Notes: generated by a model not told the origin, from the letters alone. A stretch of 64,000 nt of DNA from Burkholderiales bacterium (GCA_035518095.1 DATIXX010000005.1:128421-192420); one strand, 5' to 3'. Numbered from the stretch's first letter, positions 28,872 to 40,295 are shown. Numbers and translations are program-made.

Positions 28872-29415
28872 GCTGCTTTTGATCGTGCTACTGTGCGCCA
28901 CACCAGTGGCGGCAGCATATATCACGTTTTATTTCTGGGAGCCGCGTCAGGGAACCATGAACTACGGTGAACTTCTGCCGCCGCGTCTATTACCGGACGC
29001 TGAATTGCAATCGCTAGACGGGCGACCATTTCGCATCAGCGAACTTCGTGGAAAATGGCTGCTGCTGCAAGTGGATTCCGCCGCGTGCAGCCAGAGCTGC
29101 CGCAAGAAATTGTATTTTTTACGGCAGTTGCGTCTCACGCAGGGTAAGGACATGGACCGCATCGAGCGCGTATGGGTAATTGACGACGGTGGTACGCCGC
29201 AGCAACAGCTGGTAAAAGAATATGCCGGCACCTGGTTGATACGGGATACGAGTGGCGCGTTGCTCGCTGTGTTTCCCTCGGCCAATTCGCCACAAGACCA
29301 TATTTACGTCGTCGATCCACGAGGTAATCTGATGTTGCGCTTTCCGCGTAATGCGGACCCCAGAAAAATGATCAAGGATATTAGCCGACTGCTCATGGCC
29401 TCCCAGATCGGATGA
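28840..29415 (+). CDS. membrane-anchored SCO-like thioredoxin-fold protein (CxxxC)
   Basis: N-terminal TM anchor, then the CSQSC motif and DHIYVVDPRGNLMLRF. These parallel the HCPDVC and DHSAGTYVFDQKGRLRLF of the downstream SCO protein. Confidence 0.5.
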   Translation: MSNEYHRGRIKLLLIVLLCATPVAAAYITFYFWEPRQGTMNYGELLPPRLLPDAELQSLDGRPFRISELRGKWLLLQVDSAACSQSCRKKLYFLRQLRLTQGKDMDRIERVWVIDDGGTPQQQLVKEYAGTWLIRDTSGALLAVFPSANSPQDHIYVVDPRGNLMLRFPRNADPRKMIKDISRLLMASQIG

Positions 29416-30404
29416 TGTTTCGAAAACTTGTCTTAACCGCCGCAATTCTCGCATATGCAGTAGTGGTGTTTGGAGCCTTCGTGCGTCTTTCAAACGCCGG
29501 ACTGGGCTGCCCGGATTGGCCTGGTTGTTACGGCCGTCTCGCCGTGCCTCAAAGCGCACCAGCACGCGGTATTGCTCATTTAGAATTTCCGAACAAGCCG
29601 CTCGATAACGCCAAGGCATGGATTGAAATGACGCATCGATATCTGGCAGGCACGCTGGCTTTGCTGATAGTGGCAATTGCCGTTTACGCTTCACGCAAGC
29701 GCGCTGAGTTGCAGCAATCGCCGTTACTGTCACTGTTACTTGCCGGGCTGGTCGCGTTGCAAGCGCTGCTTGGAATGTGGACTGTAACTTTGTTATTGAA
29801 ACCGGTTGTGGTTTCCCTGCATCTGCTGGGGGGCATGGTCACCCTGGCATTGCTGTGCTGGTTGGCGTTGCGGCAATATGCGCGGCCAACCGTATATGCC
29901 GTGAGTCGGGACTCGCTAAAATTCTGGGGCTGGCTGGGACTTGGGCTGTTGGCGGTGCAGATCGCGCTGGGCGGCTGGGTGAGTGCCAATTACGCAGCTC
30001 TCGCTTGCGGCGGATTTCCGCTATGTAACGGCAGCTGGTTGCCCAAGATGGATTTCTCGGCAGGCTTTCAGCTGGTTGGCAGTGAGGGAACGACGAGCGG
30101 CAACACACTGTCCAATTTGGCGCTCGCGTCCATAAATTGGACACATCGACTCGGCGCGTTAATTGTTTTGTGTTATCTCGCGTCTCTGGCAATTGCGGTT
30201 CTGCGCATCAAACGGTTGCAAAAATACGGGGTGTTGCTGCTGACCATCGTCTGCCTGCAGGTCGCGCTTGGAATTGGCAACGTTTTGTTAAGCCGGCCTT
30301 TGCCGTTGGCGGTGGCCCACAATGCCGCTGCTGCGCTATTACTGGTCGTCATGGTGGTGTTAAACTTTAATTTATCGAGTTCGGGAGTTGACGATGGCCT
30401 TTAG
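29412..30404 (+). CDS. ctaA: haem A synthase (COX15/CtaA)
   Basis: Polytopic membrane protein with [12 protein letters not shown] and paired conserved His residues ([14 protein letters not shown]). ATGA overlap with the upstream gene. Confidence 0.85.
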   Translation: MMFRKLVLTAAILAYAVVVFGAFVRLSNAGLGCPDWPGCYGRLAVPQSAPARGIAHLEFPNKPLDNAKAWIEMTHRYLAGTLALLIVAIAVYASRKRAELQQSPLLSLLLAGLVALQALLGMWTVTLLLKPVVVSLHLLGGMVTLALLCWLALRQYARPTVYAVSRDSLKFWGWLGLGLLAVQIALGGWVSANYAALACGGFPLCNGSWLPKMDFSAGFQLVGSEGTTSGNTLSNLALASINWTHRLGALIVLCYLASLAIAVLRIKRLQKYGVLLLTIVCLQVALGIGNVLLSRPLPLAVAHNAAAALLLVVMVVLNFNLSSSGVDDGL

Positions 30405-31281
30405 CTTAACCTGGGAGCGAGCGGGTACCCGCGTTCACCAGTATTTCAAATTGTGCAAGCCACGCGTGGTGTCGCTTATCCTATTTACCGCAGTTATTGG
30501 AATGTTCCTTGCAACGCCGGGCATGGTCCAGTTCAATACGCTGCTCTTCGCCACATCGGGAATTGCACTGGTAGCCGGCGCCGCGGCAGCAGTGAATTGC
30601 CTGATTGAGCAAAAAATCGACGCAGTTATGGCACGTACTCGTTACCGCCCGCTGCCGCGCGGGGAGTTGACTTCACTGCAGACACTCGTTTTTTCCGGCG
30701 CGCTAGGCGGCGCGGGGCTGTGGTTGCTTGACCGATTCATCAATCCGGTTACCATGTGGCTGACCCTTGCGACTTTTCTGGGATACGCAGTTATTTACAC
30801 CGTGATTCTCAAGCCCATGACGCCGCAAAATATTGTCATCGGAGGCGCATCCGGCGCAATGCCGCCCGTGCTGGGCTGGACCGCGGTAACCGGGGAAATT
30901 TCCTACGATGCGTTGTTGCTGTTTCTGATCATTTTTGCATGGACTCCGCCGCATTTCTGGTCTCTCGCCCTGTATCGCAAACACGAGTATGCCAAAGCAG
31001 GATTACCCATGTTGCCGGTCACCCACGGCGATAAGTACACTCGCTTGCACGTACTTCTGTATACGCTGATTCTCGTTGCCGTGAGCCTGCTGCCGTTTGT
31101 AACCAAGATGAGCGGCTGGCTCTACCTATTAAGCGCCTGCGCGCTGGGAGGGATTTATTTATATTATGGAGTGAGAATCTTTGTGGACTACAGCGACGCG
31201 CTGGCGCAGCGCGCGTTTCGATATTCCATCGTGTACCTCGCGGCGCTATTCGCCGCGCTACTATTAGATCACTGGCGTTGA
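30394..31281 (+). CDS. cyoE: protohaem IX farnesyltransferase (haem O synthase)
   Basis: UbiA-family prenyltransferase with [10 protein letters not shown] and [13 protein letters not shown] motifs. The ATG at 30394 is preferred over the TTG at 30388. Confidence 0.92.
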   Translation: MAFSLTWERAGTRVHQYFKLCKPRVVSLILFTAVIGMFLATPGMVQFNTLLFATSGIALVAGAAAAVNCLIEQKIDAVMARTRYRPLPRGELTSLQTLVFSGALGGAGLWLLDRFINPVTMWLTLATFLGYAVIYTVILKPMTPQNIVIGGASGAMPPVLGWTAVTGEISYDALLLFLIIFAWTPPHFWSLALYRKHEYAKAGLPMLPVTHGDKYTRLHVLLYTLILVAVSLLPFVTKMSGWLYLLSACALGGIYLYYGVRIFVDYSDALAQRAFRYSIVYLAALFAALLLDHWR

Positions 31282-31293
31282 AGCCAACTTTTC

Positions 31294-31899
31294 TTGCGTC
31301 TTATGACCAAATTTCTGCTGGCCGGTCTGCTATCTGGTATTTTGGGCGCGCTTGTCGGATGTGATACAACAGCCAAAGTAGAACACTTCCAATCTACTGA
31401 CATTACTGGCGCAAGTTTCGGAAAAGATTTTCATTTGACGGACCACAATGGCAAGTCCAGAAGCCTTGAGGATTTCAGAGGCAAAGTGGTGGTGCTATTC
31501 TTCGGCTATACCCATTGTCCCGATGTTTGTCCGGCTACACTCGCTGAACTCGCAACGGTGATGAAGCAATTGGGCCCGGAATCCGAGAACGTGCAAGTAT
31601 TGTTCGTGACTGTGGATCCGCAGCGCGACACACCGCAAGTGCTGGCGAAGTACGTACCCTCGTTCTACCCCAGTTTTCTAGGTCTGTACGGTGACCCCGA
31701 AGCGACGTCCAGAACCGCAAAGGAGTTTAAAATCGTCTACCAGAAAGTTGCCGGCAGTGGTCCCGATGATTACACCATGGACCATTCGGCCGGCACCTAT
31801 GTATTCGATCAGAAAGGAAGACTGCGCTTGTTTGTAAGCTATGGGCAGGGGGCGCCGGTTTTTCTGCACGACGTCAGACTCCTGCTTGCCGAGAATTAA
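31294..31899 (+). CDS. SCO1/SenC copper chaperone lipoprotein
   Basis: Lipobox LVGC, the FGYTHCPDVCP copper-binding motif and a downstream DHS. The probable ATG is at 31303. Confidence 0.88.
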   Translation: MRLMTKFLLAGLLSGILGALVGCDTTAKVEHFQSTDITGASFGKDFHLTDHNGKSRSLEDFRGKVVVLFFGYTHCPDVCPATLAELATVMKQLGPESENVQVLFVTVDPQRDTPQVLAKYVPSFYPSFLGLYGDPEATSRTAKEFKIVYQKVAGSGPDDYTMDHSAGTYVFDQKGRLRLFVSYGQGAPVFLHDVRLLLAEN

Positions 31900-32744
31900 C
31901 CAGCCACCATTGCCGCTTTCATTTTGGCGAACGCTTTTTCTTCAAGCTGCCGGATGCGTTCGGCCGAGACCTTGAACTCTGCAGCCAAATCGTGCAGTGT
32001 CGCCGAATCTTTTTCCCGAAGCCAGCGTTCTTCGATGATGCGGCGGCTGCGCGGATCGAGACTCTCAAGCGCTCGCTTGAGATCCGTGGTTTGCAAACGA
32101 CTGTCCTGTTCGCGTTCCAGGATAAGCGATGGCTCATTTTCCGGATCGCTGAGGTATGCGATCGGGCTATATGCTTCGTCGTCATCGACCGCCGGTTCTA
32201 ACGCGACATCATGCCCGCTCAAGCGCGTCTCCATTTCAGATACCTCTGAACTTTTCACGCCAAGCAGATTGGCCACATCCATTGTTTGCTTAAGACGCAT
32301 AGGTTCCAGCCCCTGTTTCAGGCTGCGCAAATTGAAAAATAGCTTGCGCTGCGCCTTGGTCGTGGCGATTTTCACGATGCGCCAATTGCGAAGGATAAAT
32401 TCGTGGATCTCGGCGCGTATCCAGTGTACGGCGAACGACACCAGGCGCACTCCGCGCTCCGGGTCGAAGCGTCGAACTGCTTTCATGAGCCCGATGTTGC
32501 CTTCCTGGATCAGGTCTGCCTGCGGCAGCCCATAACCCATGTAACCGCGAGCGATAGCGACCACGACGCGCAGGTGTGAGAGCACCAACTGTCTGGCTGC
32601 TTCCAGGTCGTTATCCGCGCGCCAGCGTCGTGCTAATTCCGTCTCCTGCTCTTGCGTGAGTATAGGAAAGCGGTTTACCGCCTGGATATAACTCTCCAGG
32701 CTTCCCGTCACCGACGGGATAGGCAAAGCCATAGTTTGCGTCAT
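31896..32744 (-). CDS. rpoH: RNA polymerase sigma-32 (heat-shock sigma factor)
   Basis: RpoH box QRKLFFNLR and sigma regions 2-4. It lies downstream of ftsYEX as in E. coli. The track ORF (to 32879) is trimmed to the Met at 32744 because the extension overlaps ftsX. Confidence 0.93.
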   Translation of the reverse strand: MTQTMALPIPSVTGSLESYIQAVNRFPILTQEQETELARRWRADNDLEAARQLVLSHLRVVVAIARGYMGYGLPQADLIQEGNIGLMKAVRRFDPERGVRLVSFAVHWIRAEIHEFILRNWRIVKIATTKAQRKLFFNLRSLKQGLEPMRLKQTMDVANLLGVKSSEVSEMETRLSGHDVALEPAVDDDEAYSPIAYLSDPENEPSLILEREQDSRLQTTDLKRALESLDPRSRRIIEERWLREKDSATLHDLAAEFKVSAERIRQLEEKAFAKMKAAMVAG

Positions 32745-32812
32745 TCGAAATCCCTCAAAAAAATATTTTAGCACTCTCCATCTCAGAGTGCCAAGCATAG
32801 GGAAAGTTCTGG

Positions 32813-33721
32813 CTAACGCGGTTCGATTTGCCGCAGATGCCTGCTTACCGATAGCCAAGCGCCCAGCCAGCCAAGCCATGCTGAAAATAAAATCAAGATT
32901 GCACTGTCTTTCATATCTAAGTGATTTAACTGGAAATTTATCGAATATAGCCGGGCCAAATCCGCGAGAGCCTTATTCAGCACTTCAATGCTTCCCGCCA
33001 CGATGACCCAGGCGACCGCCCCGCCCGCCAACCCCTGCAGAGTTCCGATATACAGGAATGGTCGGCGAATGAAACGGCCGGTTGCGCCGATCAGTTTCGC
33101 CACCTCAATTTCGTCGCGTTGGGTGAGAATTTGAAGCCTTATCGTATTGAACGTCACTGCCACCAAGGCGAAGCTTAACAACATAGCCAACAGCAATATG
33201 ATCAGTTTGCCAAGCCGCAACAACGCATCCAGCCGCTGCGCCCAAAGCGAGTCCAGCTGCACATGCGCGGCGTTGGGCCAAGAACTGATCTCGTTTCGCA
33301 ATGCTTCCAAGGCATCCGCAGAGGAATTTTTCGCGTGAATTATAAATGCATCGGGCAAAGGGTTTTGCGTCAGGCTTTGCACCACATCGCCGATACCGGT
33401 TGACCGTTGGAGCTCACGCAGCGCCTTGTCACGTGGCACGAATTGGAAATTACGCACTGAAGGATTGTTTTTAAGCCGCAACTGTATTTGGGCGACATCC
33501 GCTGGGGTCGCCTGCGTACCCAAAAACAGGCTTATCTGGGGTTCGCCGCCGATTTGTCCGGACAAGCTTTCGAGGTTTCTGAGCAGAGCGTAAAGTCCAC
33601 TGGGCAAGCTTATTGCAATGCCGATGACGCTGATATTGAGTAGGCTGGCAAACGGGTTTTGCCGAAGACGTCTCAGGGCAAGCCGCATGGATTGTACATG
33701 ATGCGCAAGCCAATACTTCAC
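32813..33721 (-). CDS. ftsX: cell-division ABC transporter permease FtsX
   Basis: 302 aa with 4 TM helices and a periplasmic loop. ATGA-type overlap with ftsE. Confidence 0.9.
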   Translation of the reverse strand: MKYWLAHHVQSMRLALRRLRQNPFASLLNISVIGIAISLPSGLYALLRNLESLSGQIGGEPQISLFLGTQATPADVAQIQLRLKNNPSVRNFQFVPRDKALRELQRSTGIGDVVQSLTQNPLPDAFIIHAKNSSADALEALRNEISSWPNAAHVQLDSLWAQRLDALLRLGKLIILLLAMLLSFALVAVTFNTIRLQILTQRDEIEVAKLIGATGRFIRRPFLYIGTLQGLAGGAVAWVIVAGSIEVLNKALADLARLYSINFQLNHLDMKDSAILILFSAWLGWLGAWLSVSRHLRQIEPR

Positions 33722-34371
33722 GAAGCCAGTTCCCCGTGGTCGAGCCTCAGCAGACGCGGATTTAATCGCAGCAACATTGCATTATCATGGCTGGCGATGA
33801 TCACCGTCACCCCCACCTGATTGAATGATTTGAACAGCCCCATGATGTCGCTGGCATAGGCCGCGTCCAAATTTCCAGTGGGCTCGTCGGCAAGCAAAAT
33901 TGCCGGCCGGTTAACGATAGCGCGCGCGATGCACAAACGCTGTTGCTCTCCGCCAGACAGTGTGATCGGATACGTCTTTTCCTTATCCAGCAAACCCACC
34001 TTGTCGAGCGCTGCGCGTACCCGTTTACCGCTCTCCTTGCGTTCATAACCGGTGATTTGAAGAGGCAACACCACGTTTTCAAATACAGTACGCTCGAACA
34101 GCAGCTTGTGATCCTGAAACACCAGGCCAAAATTGCGACGCAGATACGGAATTGCTGAAGCGCGCAGTTTGCTGGTATTTTGGCCATTTACAACAACGCT
34201 GCCGCGGGTGGGGCGCTCGATGGCGGCAATTAATTTAAGCAGGGTACTTTTGCCGGCGCCGGAATGACCGGTTACGGCAACCATTTCACCCGGCTGCACG
34301 GTGAACGAAATGTTTCTGAGGACATCGTAGCCCCCCGGATAGCGCTTGCCGACTTGGCTCAAGCTAATCAT
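33718..34371 (-). CDS. ftsE: cell-division ATP-binding protein FtsE
   Basis: Walker A GHSGAGKST, signature LSGGEQQR and Walker B ILLADEP. Confidence 0.93.
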   Translation of the reverse strand: MISLSQVGKRYPGGYDVLRNISFTVQPGEMVAVTGHSGAGKSTLLKLIAAIERPTRGSVVVNGQNTSKLRASAIPYLRRNFGLVFQDHKLLFERTVFENVVLPLQITGYERKESGKRVRAALDKVGLLDKEKTYPITLSGGEQQRLCIARAIVNRPAILLADEPTGNLDAAYASDIMGLFKSFNQVGVTVIIASHDNAMLLRLNPRLLRLDHGELAS

Positions 34372-35321
34372 GCAAGCACGGTCTCCACAAACTCCACGGC
34401 ATCGAACGGTCGTAGGTCATCGGGTTTCTCACCAATGCCGATAAAACGGACCGCAACCGGCCGCGCCCTGGCAATAGCGGCTAATGCCCCGCCCTTGGCG
34501 CTGCCGTCCAACTTGGTAATAATAAGTCCGGTCAAACCCAAAGCATCATCAAACGCCTTAACCTGATTCACCATGTTTTGTCCGGTGTTGGCATCAAGTA
34601 CCAGCAGGATTTCATGCGGTGCCGAGGGTTCCGCCTTGGCGATCACGCGTTTTACTTTCTTGATCTCTTCCATTAAATGCAATTGCGTGGGAAGCCGGCC
34701 TGCAGTATCAGCCAGCACGATATCGATGGAGCGCGCCTTGGCTGCATGTATGGCATCGAAAATTACAGCCCCGGGATCCCCGCGTTCCTGGGAGATGACG
34801 GTGACACTGCCGCTTGCGCCCCACGCCTGCAGCTGCTCGCGCGCCGCCGCACGGAACGTATCGCCCGCCGCGAGCACAACCGATTTTCCCTGCTTCTGAA
34901 AATATCTTGCAAGCTTGCCGATGCTGGTGGTTTTGCCGCTGCCATTTACCCCTGCCAACATAATAATGAACGGCCGTATCGCGCCAATGTCAACGGGTTT
35001 GCCCAGCGGTGCGAGCAAATCCAGCAAGCACTGCCGCAAAACTGCTTGCAGCTCTTCCGCTCGTTGCAGGTTTTCACGCTTGGCGCGCGCGCGCAACATT
35101 TCCAGCAGATACTCGGTGGCTGCTGCGCCCACGTCGCCGCTGAGCAGCGTGTGTTCCAATTCCTGATAAAGTGTCTCGTCAATCTTGCCGCTGCGCAGCA
35201 GGTTTGCCAGTTGTCCGCCCAACTGATTGCGGGTGCGCGACAGGTTTTGCTTTAGCCGTGCCGCCCAGTTTGCTGCATCTTCAGTGCGCGTGTTCTGGTC
35301 TTGCTTCAAGAAACTAAACAT
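34368..35321 (-). CDS. ftsY: signal recognition particle receptor FtsY
   Basis: SRP GTPase NG domain with GVNGSGKTTS, DTAGR and TKLDG motifs. Confidence 0.93.
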   Translation of the reverse strand: MFSFLKQDQNTRTEDAANWAARLKQNLSRTRNQLGGQLANLLRSGKIDETLYQELEHTLLSGDVGAAATEYLLEMLRARAKRENLQRAEELQAVLRQCLLDLLAPLGKPVDIGAIRPFIIMLAGVNGSGKTTSIGKLARYFQKQGKSVVLAAGDTFRAAAREQLQAWGASGSVTVISQERGDPGAVIFDAIHAAKARSIDIVLADTAGRLPTQLHLMEEIKKVKRVIAKAEPSAPHEILLVLDANTGQNMVNQVKAFDDALGLTGLIITKLDGSAKGGALAAIARARPVAVRFIGIGEKPDDLRPFDAVEFVETVLA

Positions 35322-35405
35322 GGCGATGTGCTGTCACAAAACGCGTATTTGCGATTCGTTGCGGGTATAATTCTATTCCCAATTCGTCGGATCCAGGCTA
35401 AAAGA

Positions 35406-36794
35406 ATGATGGCAATCTTTAGGCTTTTTGCAAAACCAAATGTTCTTCTCGCTGTTGTTTTGTCTGGTTCGCTCTCGCATGTTGCTCGGGCGTCGACCAG
35501 CGAGCATACGCTGAGCAACGGGCTTCGGGTGATTGTCAAGGAGGACCACCGTGCACCCGTTGTCGTGTCGATGGTGTGGTACAAGGTCGGGAGCTTAGAT
35601 GAAGAGAACGGCACGACCGGTGTCTCCCACGCGCTGGAACACATGATGTTCAAGGGCACCAAAAAGGTGCCAGAGGGAGAGTTTTCCAAAATCATTGCCC
35701 AGGCCGGCGGCCGGGAGAACGCTTTTACCAGTAGGGATTTCACCGCGTATTTCCAATTACTGCACAAGTCGAAGCTCCCGCTGGCAATGAAACTTGAAGC
35801 AGATCGCATGCAAAACCTGAATTTCTCCCAAAATGGCTTTGCAAAGGAAATGAAGGTAATAATGGAAGAACGGCGTTGGCGTACCGACGATAACCCGCAA
35901 GCGCTGGTGTACGAGCAATTAATGGCAACCACTTTCGAAGCGAGCCCGTACCGCAGACCCGTCCTAGGCTGGATGAATGACCTGGTGAATATGCGCGCGC
36001 AAGATCTGGAGCACTGGTACCACACCTGGTATGCGCCGAATAATGCCACGCTGGTGGTGGTGGGAGACGTGACGCCCGGAGAAGTATTTAAACTTGCTCA
36101 ACGTTATTTCGGCGCAATTAAATCCAAAGTATTACCGGTACGGAAACCGCAGGAAGAGCCGCAACAACGTGGCAGCCGCAGCGTGACGGTGAAAGCACCG
36201 GCCAAGTTGCCGTACGTCATGATGAGTTACCATGCGCCGGTGTTGCGCGACGCCGAACGCGACTGGGAACCTTACGCGCTCCAGGTTCTTGCCGGCGTGC
36301 TCGACGGCAACGAATCTGCTCGGTTAAACCGCAATTTGGTGCGGGAAACGCAGGTTGCCTCTTCCGCTGGGGCGGATTACGACATTACGGGACGCGGTCC
36401 CGGGCTCTTTTACCTGGAAGGCGTTCCCAGCGAAAACAAAACTGTTGCAGATCTGGAAGCGGCCATGCGTGGTGAGTTGCAAAAAATTATCGTTGACGGC
36501 GTGACCAACGACGAACTCGAACGGGTGAAGGCCCAAGTCATTGCCAACAAAGTATTTGAGCGTGATTCAGTAATGGCCCAAGCCCATCAGATCGGGGGGT
36601 GGGAAATGGCCGGACTGTCATATAAATCACTGGATAATTTAGTGAGCAAGTTGCGAGCGGTAAGCGCTGCGCAAGTGCAGGCTGTGGCAAAAAAATATTT
36701 CCAAGACGACAGCCTTACAATCGCTGTGCTCGACCCGCAGCCCCTTGATCAGGAAAAGTCTCATAAGGCGCCGGCAGGGTTACGGCATGATTAG
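35406..36794 (+). CDS. M16-family zinc protease (catalytic subunit, PqqL-like)
   Basis: Signal peptide and inverted zinc motif HALEHMMFKG (HxxEH). The start is trimmed to the Met at 35406. Confidence 0.85.
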   Translation: MMAIFRLFAKPNVLLAVVLSGSLSHVARASTSEHTLSNGLRVIVKEDHRAPVVVSMVWYKVGSLDEENGTTGVSHALEHMMFKGTKKVPEGEFSKIIAQAGGRENAFTSRDFTAYFQLLHKSKLPLAMKLEADRMQNLNFSQNGFAKEMKVIMEERRWRTDDNPQALVYEQLMATTFEASPYRRPVLGWMNDLVNMRAQDLEHWYHTWYAPNNATLVVVGDVTPGEVFKLAQRYFGAIKSKVLPVRKPQEEPQQRGSRSVTVKAPAKLPYVMMSYHAPVLRDAERDWEPYALQVLAGVLDGNESARLNRNLVRETQVASSAGADYDITGRGPGLFYLEGVPSENKTVADLEAAMRGELQKIIVDGVTNDELERVKAQVIANKVFERDSVMAQAHQIGGWEMAGLSYKSLDNLVSKLRAVSAAQVQAVAKKYFQDDSLTIAVLDPQPLDQEKSHKAPAGLRHD

Positions 36795-38112
36795 CGTCGT
36801 TAGGGGGTGCGGCGTGGCTTTGGTTGGATTATTCGCAGGCACAGGACCTGCATTTGGCATATTGCCGATACAACATTGGCAGACTTCGAGCGGGGCCAGC
36901 GTCTATTTCGTTGAACGCCACGAACTGCCGATGCTTGACGTGAGCATTGATTTCGCGGCTGGCAGCGGCCGCGATTCGCCCGCTGTATCCGGCCTGGCGA
37001 ATCTCACACGGCATATGCTGAGCCTTGGCGCAGGCGGGCTTTCCGAGGACGAAATCGGCGAAAAACTAGCCGATGTCGGAGCGCAGCTTGGCGGGCGCAT
37101 CGATCAGGACCGCGCCGGAGTGACCGTGAGAACGCTGAGCAGCGAGCGCGAGCGCAATCAGGCGCTCGACATATTATCGCGCATCGTGCAACAGCCGGAA
37201 TTTCCCGAAAAAGTGCTGGAGCGGGAGAAAGCACGCATCGTGGCAGTTCTCAAGGATTCGGCCACCAAACCCGAAAGCATCGCGGAGCGCGCCTTTTACA
37301 CGCTTCTCTATGGCAGCCATCCATACGCTCGGCGCATATCCGGAGAAGTGGACAGCGTGGAGCCGCTCCAGCGCTCTGATCTAGAGGCGTTTTACCGCAC
37401 TTATTACACCGCAAATGATGCTGTAGTGGCCATCATTGGTGATGTAAGCCGCGACGCGGCACGTGAAATCGCTGAGAACCTTACGGCGAAACTGCCTCGA
37501 CAGGCATCGCCCTTACCCGTGCTGCCCGAAGTCGCGCTTCCGGCAAAGGCGCAGGATCGCGAAATTCCACATCCGGCGACGCAAAGCCACATTCTTATGG
37601 GGTATCCGGGAATAAAGCGCGTTGACCCTGACTATTTTGCCCTTTTTGTCGGTAACTACATCCTTGGCGGCGGAGGGTTCTCTTCCCGCTTCGTCGAGCA
37701 GGTGAGGCAGAAGAGAGGACTCGCTTATAGCGTCTATAGTTATTTTGATCCACTGCAGCAGAAAGGCCCGTTTCAAATCGGGTTGCAAACCAAAAAGGAG
37801 CAGGCGCAGGAGGCGATTAATGTGGTTCGCGAAACGCTGCGCAACTTCATAGCCAACGGGCCGACTGAGCAAGAACTCAAAGCGGCCAAGCAGCATCTCG
37901 TCGGCGGTTTTCCGCTGCGCATAGATACCAATAAGAAGATACTCGAGTATCTTTCGGTAATCGGCTTTTATCGCTTGCCGCTTACGTATCTTGATGACTT
38001 CATACCTAACGTCGAGAGCGTTACCGTAGCGCAGATTAAAAACGCGTTTCAGCGGCGTATCGACCCGGACAACATGGTCACCGTAATTGTAGGAGCACCG
38101 GGCGCAAGCTGA
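36787..38112 (+). CDS. M16-family peptidase-like protein (no HxxEH, probably the non-catalytic partner)
   Basis: M16 fold-like sequence, colinear with the upstream gene but lacking HxxEH. It overlaps the upstream stop by 8 nt. Confidence 0.8.
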   Translation: MISVVRGCGVALVGLFAGTGPAFGILPIQHWQTSSGASVYFVERHELPMLDVSIDFAAGSGRDSPAVSGLANLTRHMLSLGAGGLSEDEIGEKLADVGAQLGGRIDQDRAGVTVRTLSSERERNQALDILSRIVQQPEFPEKVLEREKARIVAVLKDSATKPESIAERAFYTLLYGSHPYARRISGEVDSVEPLQRSDLEAFYRTYYTANDAVVAIIGDVSRDAAREIAENLTAKLPRQASPLPVLPEVALPAKAQDREIPHPATQSHILMGYPGIKRVDPDYFALFVGNYILGGGGFSSRFVEQVRQKRGLAYSVYSYFDPLQQKGPFQIGLQTKKEQAQEAINVVRETLRNFIANGPTEQELKAAKQHLVGGFPLRIDTNKKILEYLSVIGFYRLPLTYLDDFIPNVESVTVAQIKNAFQRRIDPDNMVTVIVGAPGAS

Positions 38113-38118
38113 AACCTG

Positions 38119-38664
38119 ATGCGGACTCGCGGACGTCTCAGGATCATTGGAGGAACGTGGCGCAGCCGCATTATCCACTTTCCGCCGGCGGCCGACCTGC
38201 GGCCCACTCCGGACCGCGTAAGGGAAACCCTGTTTAACTGGCTGGGCCAGGATCTCAGTGGCAAAACCTGCCTGGACTTGTTCTCGGGGAGCGGTGCATT
38301 GGGATTCGAGGCGCTATCCCGTGGCGCGCGCAAGGTGGTGATGGTGGAAAAAAACCGCGATGTATTCCAAGCGCTGCGCGATAATGCGCTGAAGCTTCGG
38401 GCGCAGAACCTGGAACTGGTGCACGCGAATGCGCTACAATTCTTGAGTGTCGACCGAAACGCGTACCATGTAATTTTTCTCGATCCCCCGTTTCGCAAGA
38501 ATGGTCTTGGCGGCATTTTGGCGGAAATGCCGCGGCGCCTTGAAGAGGGAGGGCTGGTTTATGTTGAGAGCGGAAATGCTTTTGACGCGCCGGACTGGGA
38601 GGTGTGGCGCGAAGGCAGGGCGGGGAAAGTTCATTATCGGCTGCTGAAATGGAAAATAACATGA
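38119..38664 (+). CDS. rsmD: 16S rRNA (guanine966-N2)-methyltransferase
   Basis: [12 protein letters not shown]-terminus, the [22 protein letters not shown] motif and the DPPF motif. Confidence 0.88.
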   Translation: MRTRGRLRIIGGTWRSRIIHFPPAADLRPTPDRVRETLFNWLGQDLSGKTCLDLFSGSGALGFEALSRGARKVVMVEKNRDVFQALRDNALKLRAQNLELVHANALQFLSVDRNAYHVIFLDPPFRKNGLGGILAEMPRRLEEGGLVYVESGNAFDAPDWEVWREGRAGKVHYRLLKWKIT

Positions 38665-39143
38665 ATAAAGCGGTGTATCCCGGTACATTCGATCCTATTA
38701 CACGCGGCCATGAAGATTTGGTGCGGCGTGCCACGCACATCTTCGACCAGGTAATTGTCGCGGTTGCGGACAGCCACGGTAAGCAACCTTTTTTTACGCT
38801 GGAAGAGCGGATAAAGATGGCGGAAAGGGTGTTAGCGGATTATGAGAGAGTGCATGTGATCGGATTTTCCGGATTGCTCATGGATTTTGTGCGGGGTCAG
38901 GGTGCAAACATCATAGTGCGGGGTCTGCGCGCCCTATCCGATTTCGAATATGAATTTCAAATGGCTGGGATGAATCGTAACATGCATCCCGATGTGGAAA
39001 CGATTTTTATGACGCCATCGGAGCAATACATGTTTATTTCAGCGAGTATGGTGCGCGAGATAGCGGTTCTCGGCGGCAATGTCGGAAAATTCGTACAGCC
39101 CTTGATTGCCGAACAGCTGAATGTCAAAATGAAAAAAAGGTAA
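38661..39143 (+). CDS. coaD: phosphopantetheine adenylyltransferase
   Basis: [14 protein letters not shown] motif. ATGA overlap with the rsmD stop. The track ORF is trimmed from 38604. Confidence 0.95.
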   Translation: MNKAVYPGTFDPITRGHEDLVRRATHIFDQVIVAVADSHGKQPFFTLEERIKMAERVLADYERVHVIGFSGLLMDFVRGQGANIIVRGLRALSDFEYEFQMAGMNRNMHPDVETIFMTPSEQYMFISASMVREIAVLGGNVGKFVQPLIAEQLNVKMKKR

Positions 39144-39428
<285 letters not shown>

Positions 39429-39466
39429 TCGGTCCGTCGCGGCCTGCGTCTCAACCGCACGCTTAT

Positions 39467-40282
39467 CTACATCTGACAATGCGGGCAATAGAAACTTGAG
39501 CGCTGCCCCTGCTTGAACTGCCTGATGCGGGTGCCACAAACTCTACAGGGTTTGCCGGCGCGACCGTAAACCTGGCAGTGCAGTTGGAAATCTCCCAGGA
39601 CGCCGTCGCAATTGGCAAAGTCGCGCAAGCTGCTGCCGCCCGCTTTAATCGCCCGGCGCAGCGTATTACGCAAGGCTTGCACTAACTTTTCATAGCGTTC
39701 GTGACCAATGCGCAATGCGGCTCGCTTGGGATGAATGCGAGCGCGGAACAGCGCTTCGTTCGCGTAGATATTGCCAATTCCCGCTACCACGTGGCTGTCC
39801 ATCAAAACTTGCTTTATGCTCGTAGCGCGGCTGCGCGTAACGCGGTACAGCCAATTGGCACTGAAAGCGTGAGTCAATGGCTCAGGCCCGAGTTTGCTGA
39901 GCAGCGGATGGGAGAGTGGCTCGCTGCTGGTCCAATGTACTGAGCCGAAACGGCGCGGGTCGCGCATTCTGAGCAGTTTGCCGTTATCCAGCAGTAAATC
40001 AAAATGGTCATGCGTTTGCGCCGGGACGGACTGATCAAGGAAGCGCAGGCTGCCCGACATTCCAAGATGCATGATCAACGTGCCCCCGCCGCAGCCAATA
40101 AGCAGGTATTTGCCGCGCCGCGAGACGTTACGGATTATTTGACCGCTGACCAAGCACGGCAAATTCGCAGCGACATGCCACCGCAGTTGCGGATTGCGAA
40201 TGACCAGCGTCACGATACGCCTCGCGCGCAAGCGCGGACCAAGACCACGGCGCGTTATTTCCACTTCCGGAAGTTCAGGCAT
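39467..40282 (-). CDS. mutM: formamidopyrimidine-DNA glycosylase
   Basis: MPELPEVE N-terminus and C-terminal zinc finger CRVCGTRI...FYCPHCQ. Confidence 0.95.
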   Translation of the reverse strand: MPELPEVEITRRGLGPRLRARRIVTLVIRNPQLRWHVAANLPCLVSGQIIRNVSRRGKYLLIGCGGGTLIMHLGMSGSLRFLDQSVPAQTHDHFDLLLDNGKLLRMRDPRRFGSVHWTSSEPLSHPLLSKLGPEPLTHAFSANWLYRVTRSRATSIKQVLMDSHVVAGIGNIYANEALFRARIHPKRAALRIGHERYEKLVQALRNTLRRAIKAGGSSLRDFANCDGVLGDFQLHCQVYGRAGKPCRVCGTRIRQFKQGQRSSFYCPHCQM

Positions 40283-40295
40283 GATTTAAAGCCAG

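Noticed and set aside
31896-32879. N-terminally extended track ORFs: rpoH 327 aa, ispE 361 aa (46422), lolB 241 aa (45946), ruvB 402 aa (56030), ruvA 217 aa (55458), gpsA 348 aa (14899), coaD 179 aa (38604), grxC 107 aa (13721).
   Set aside because: The extensions overlap the upstream gene in another frame and add non-homologous, Arg-rich sequence. Internal starts give canonical N-termini, often with ATGA/GTGA coupling to the upstream stop.
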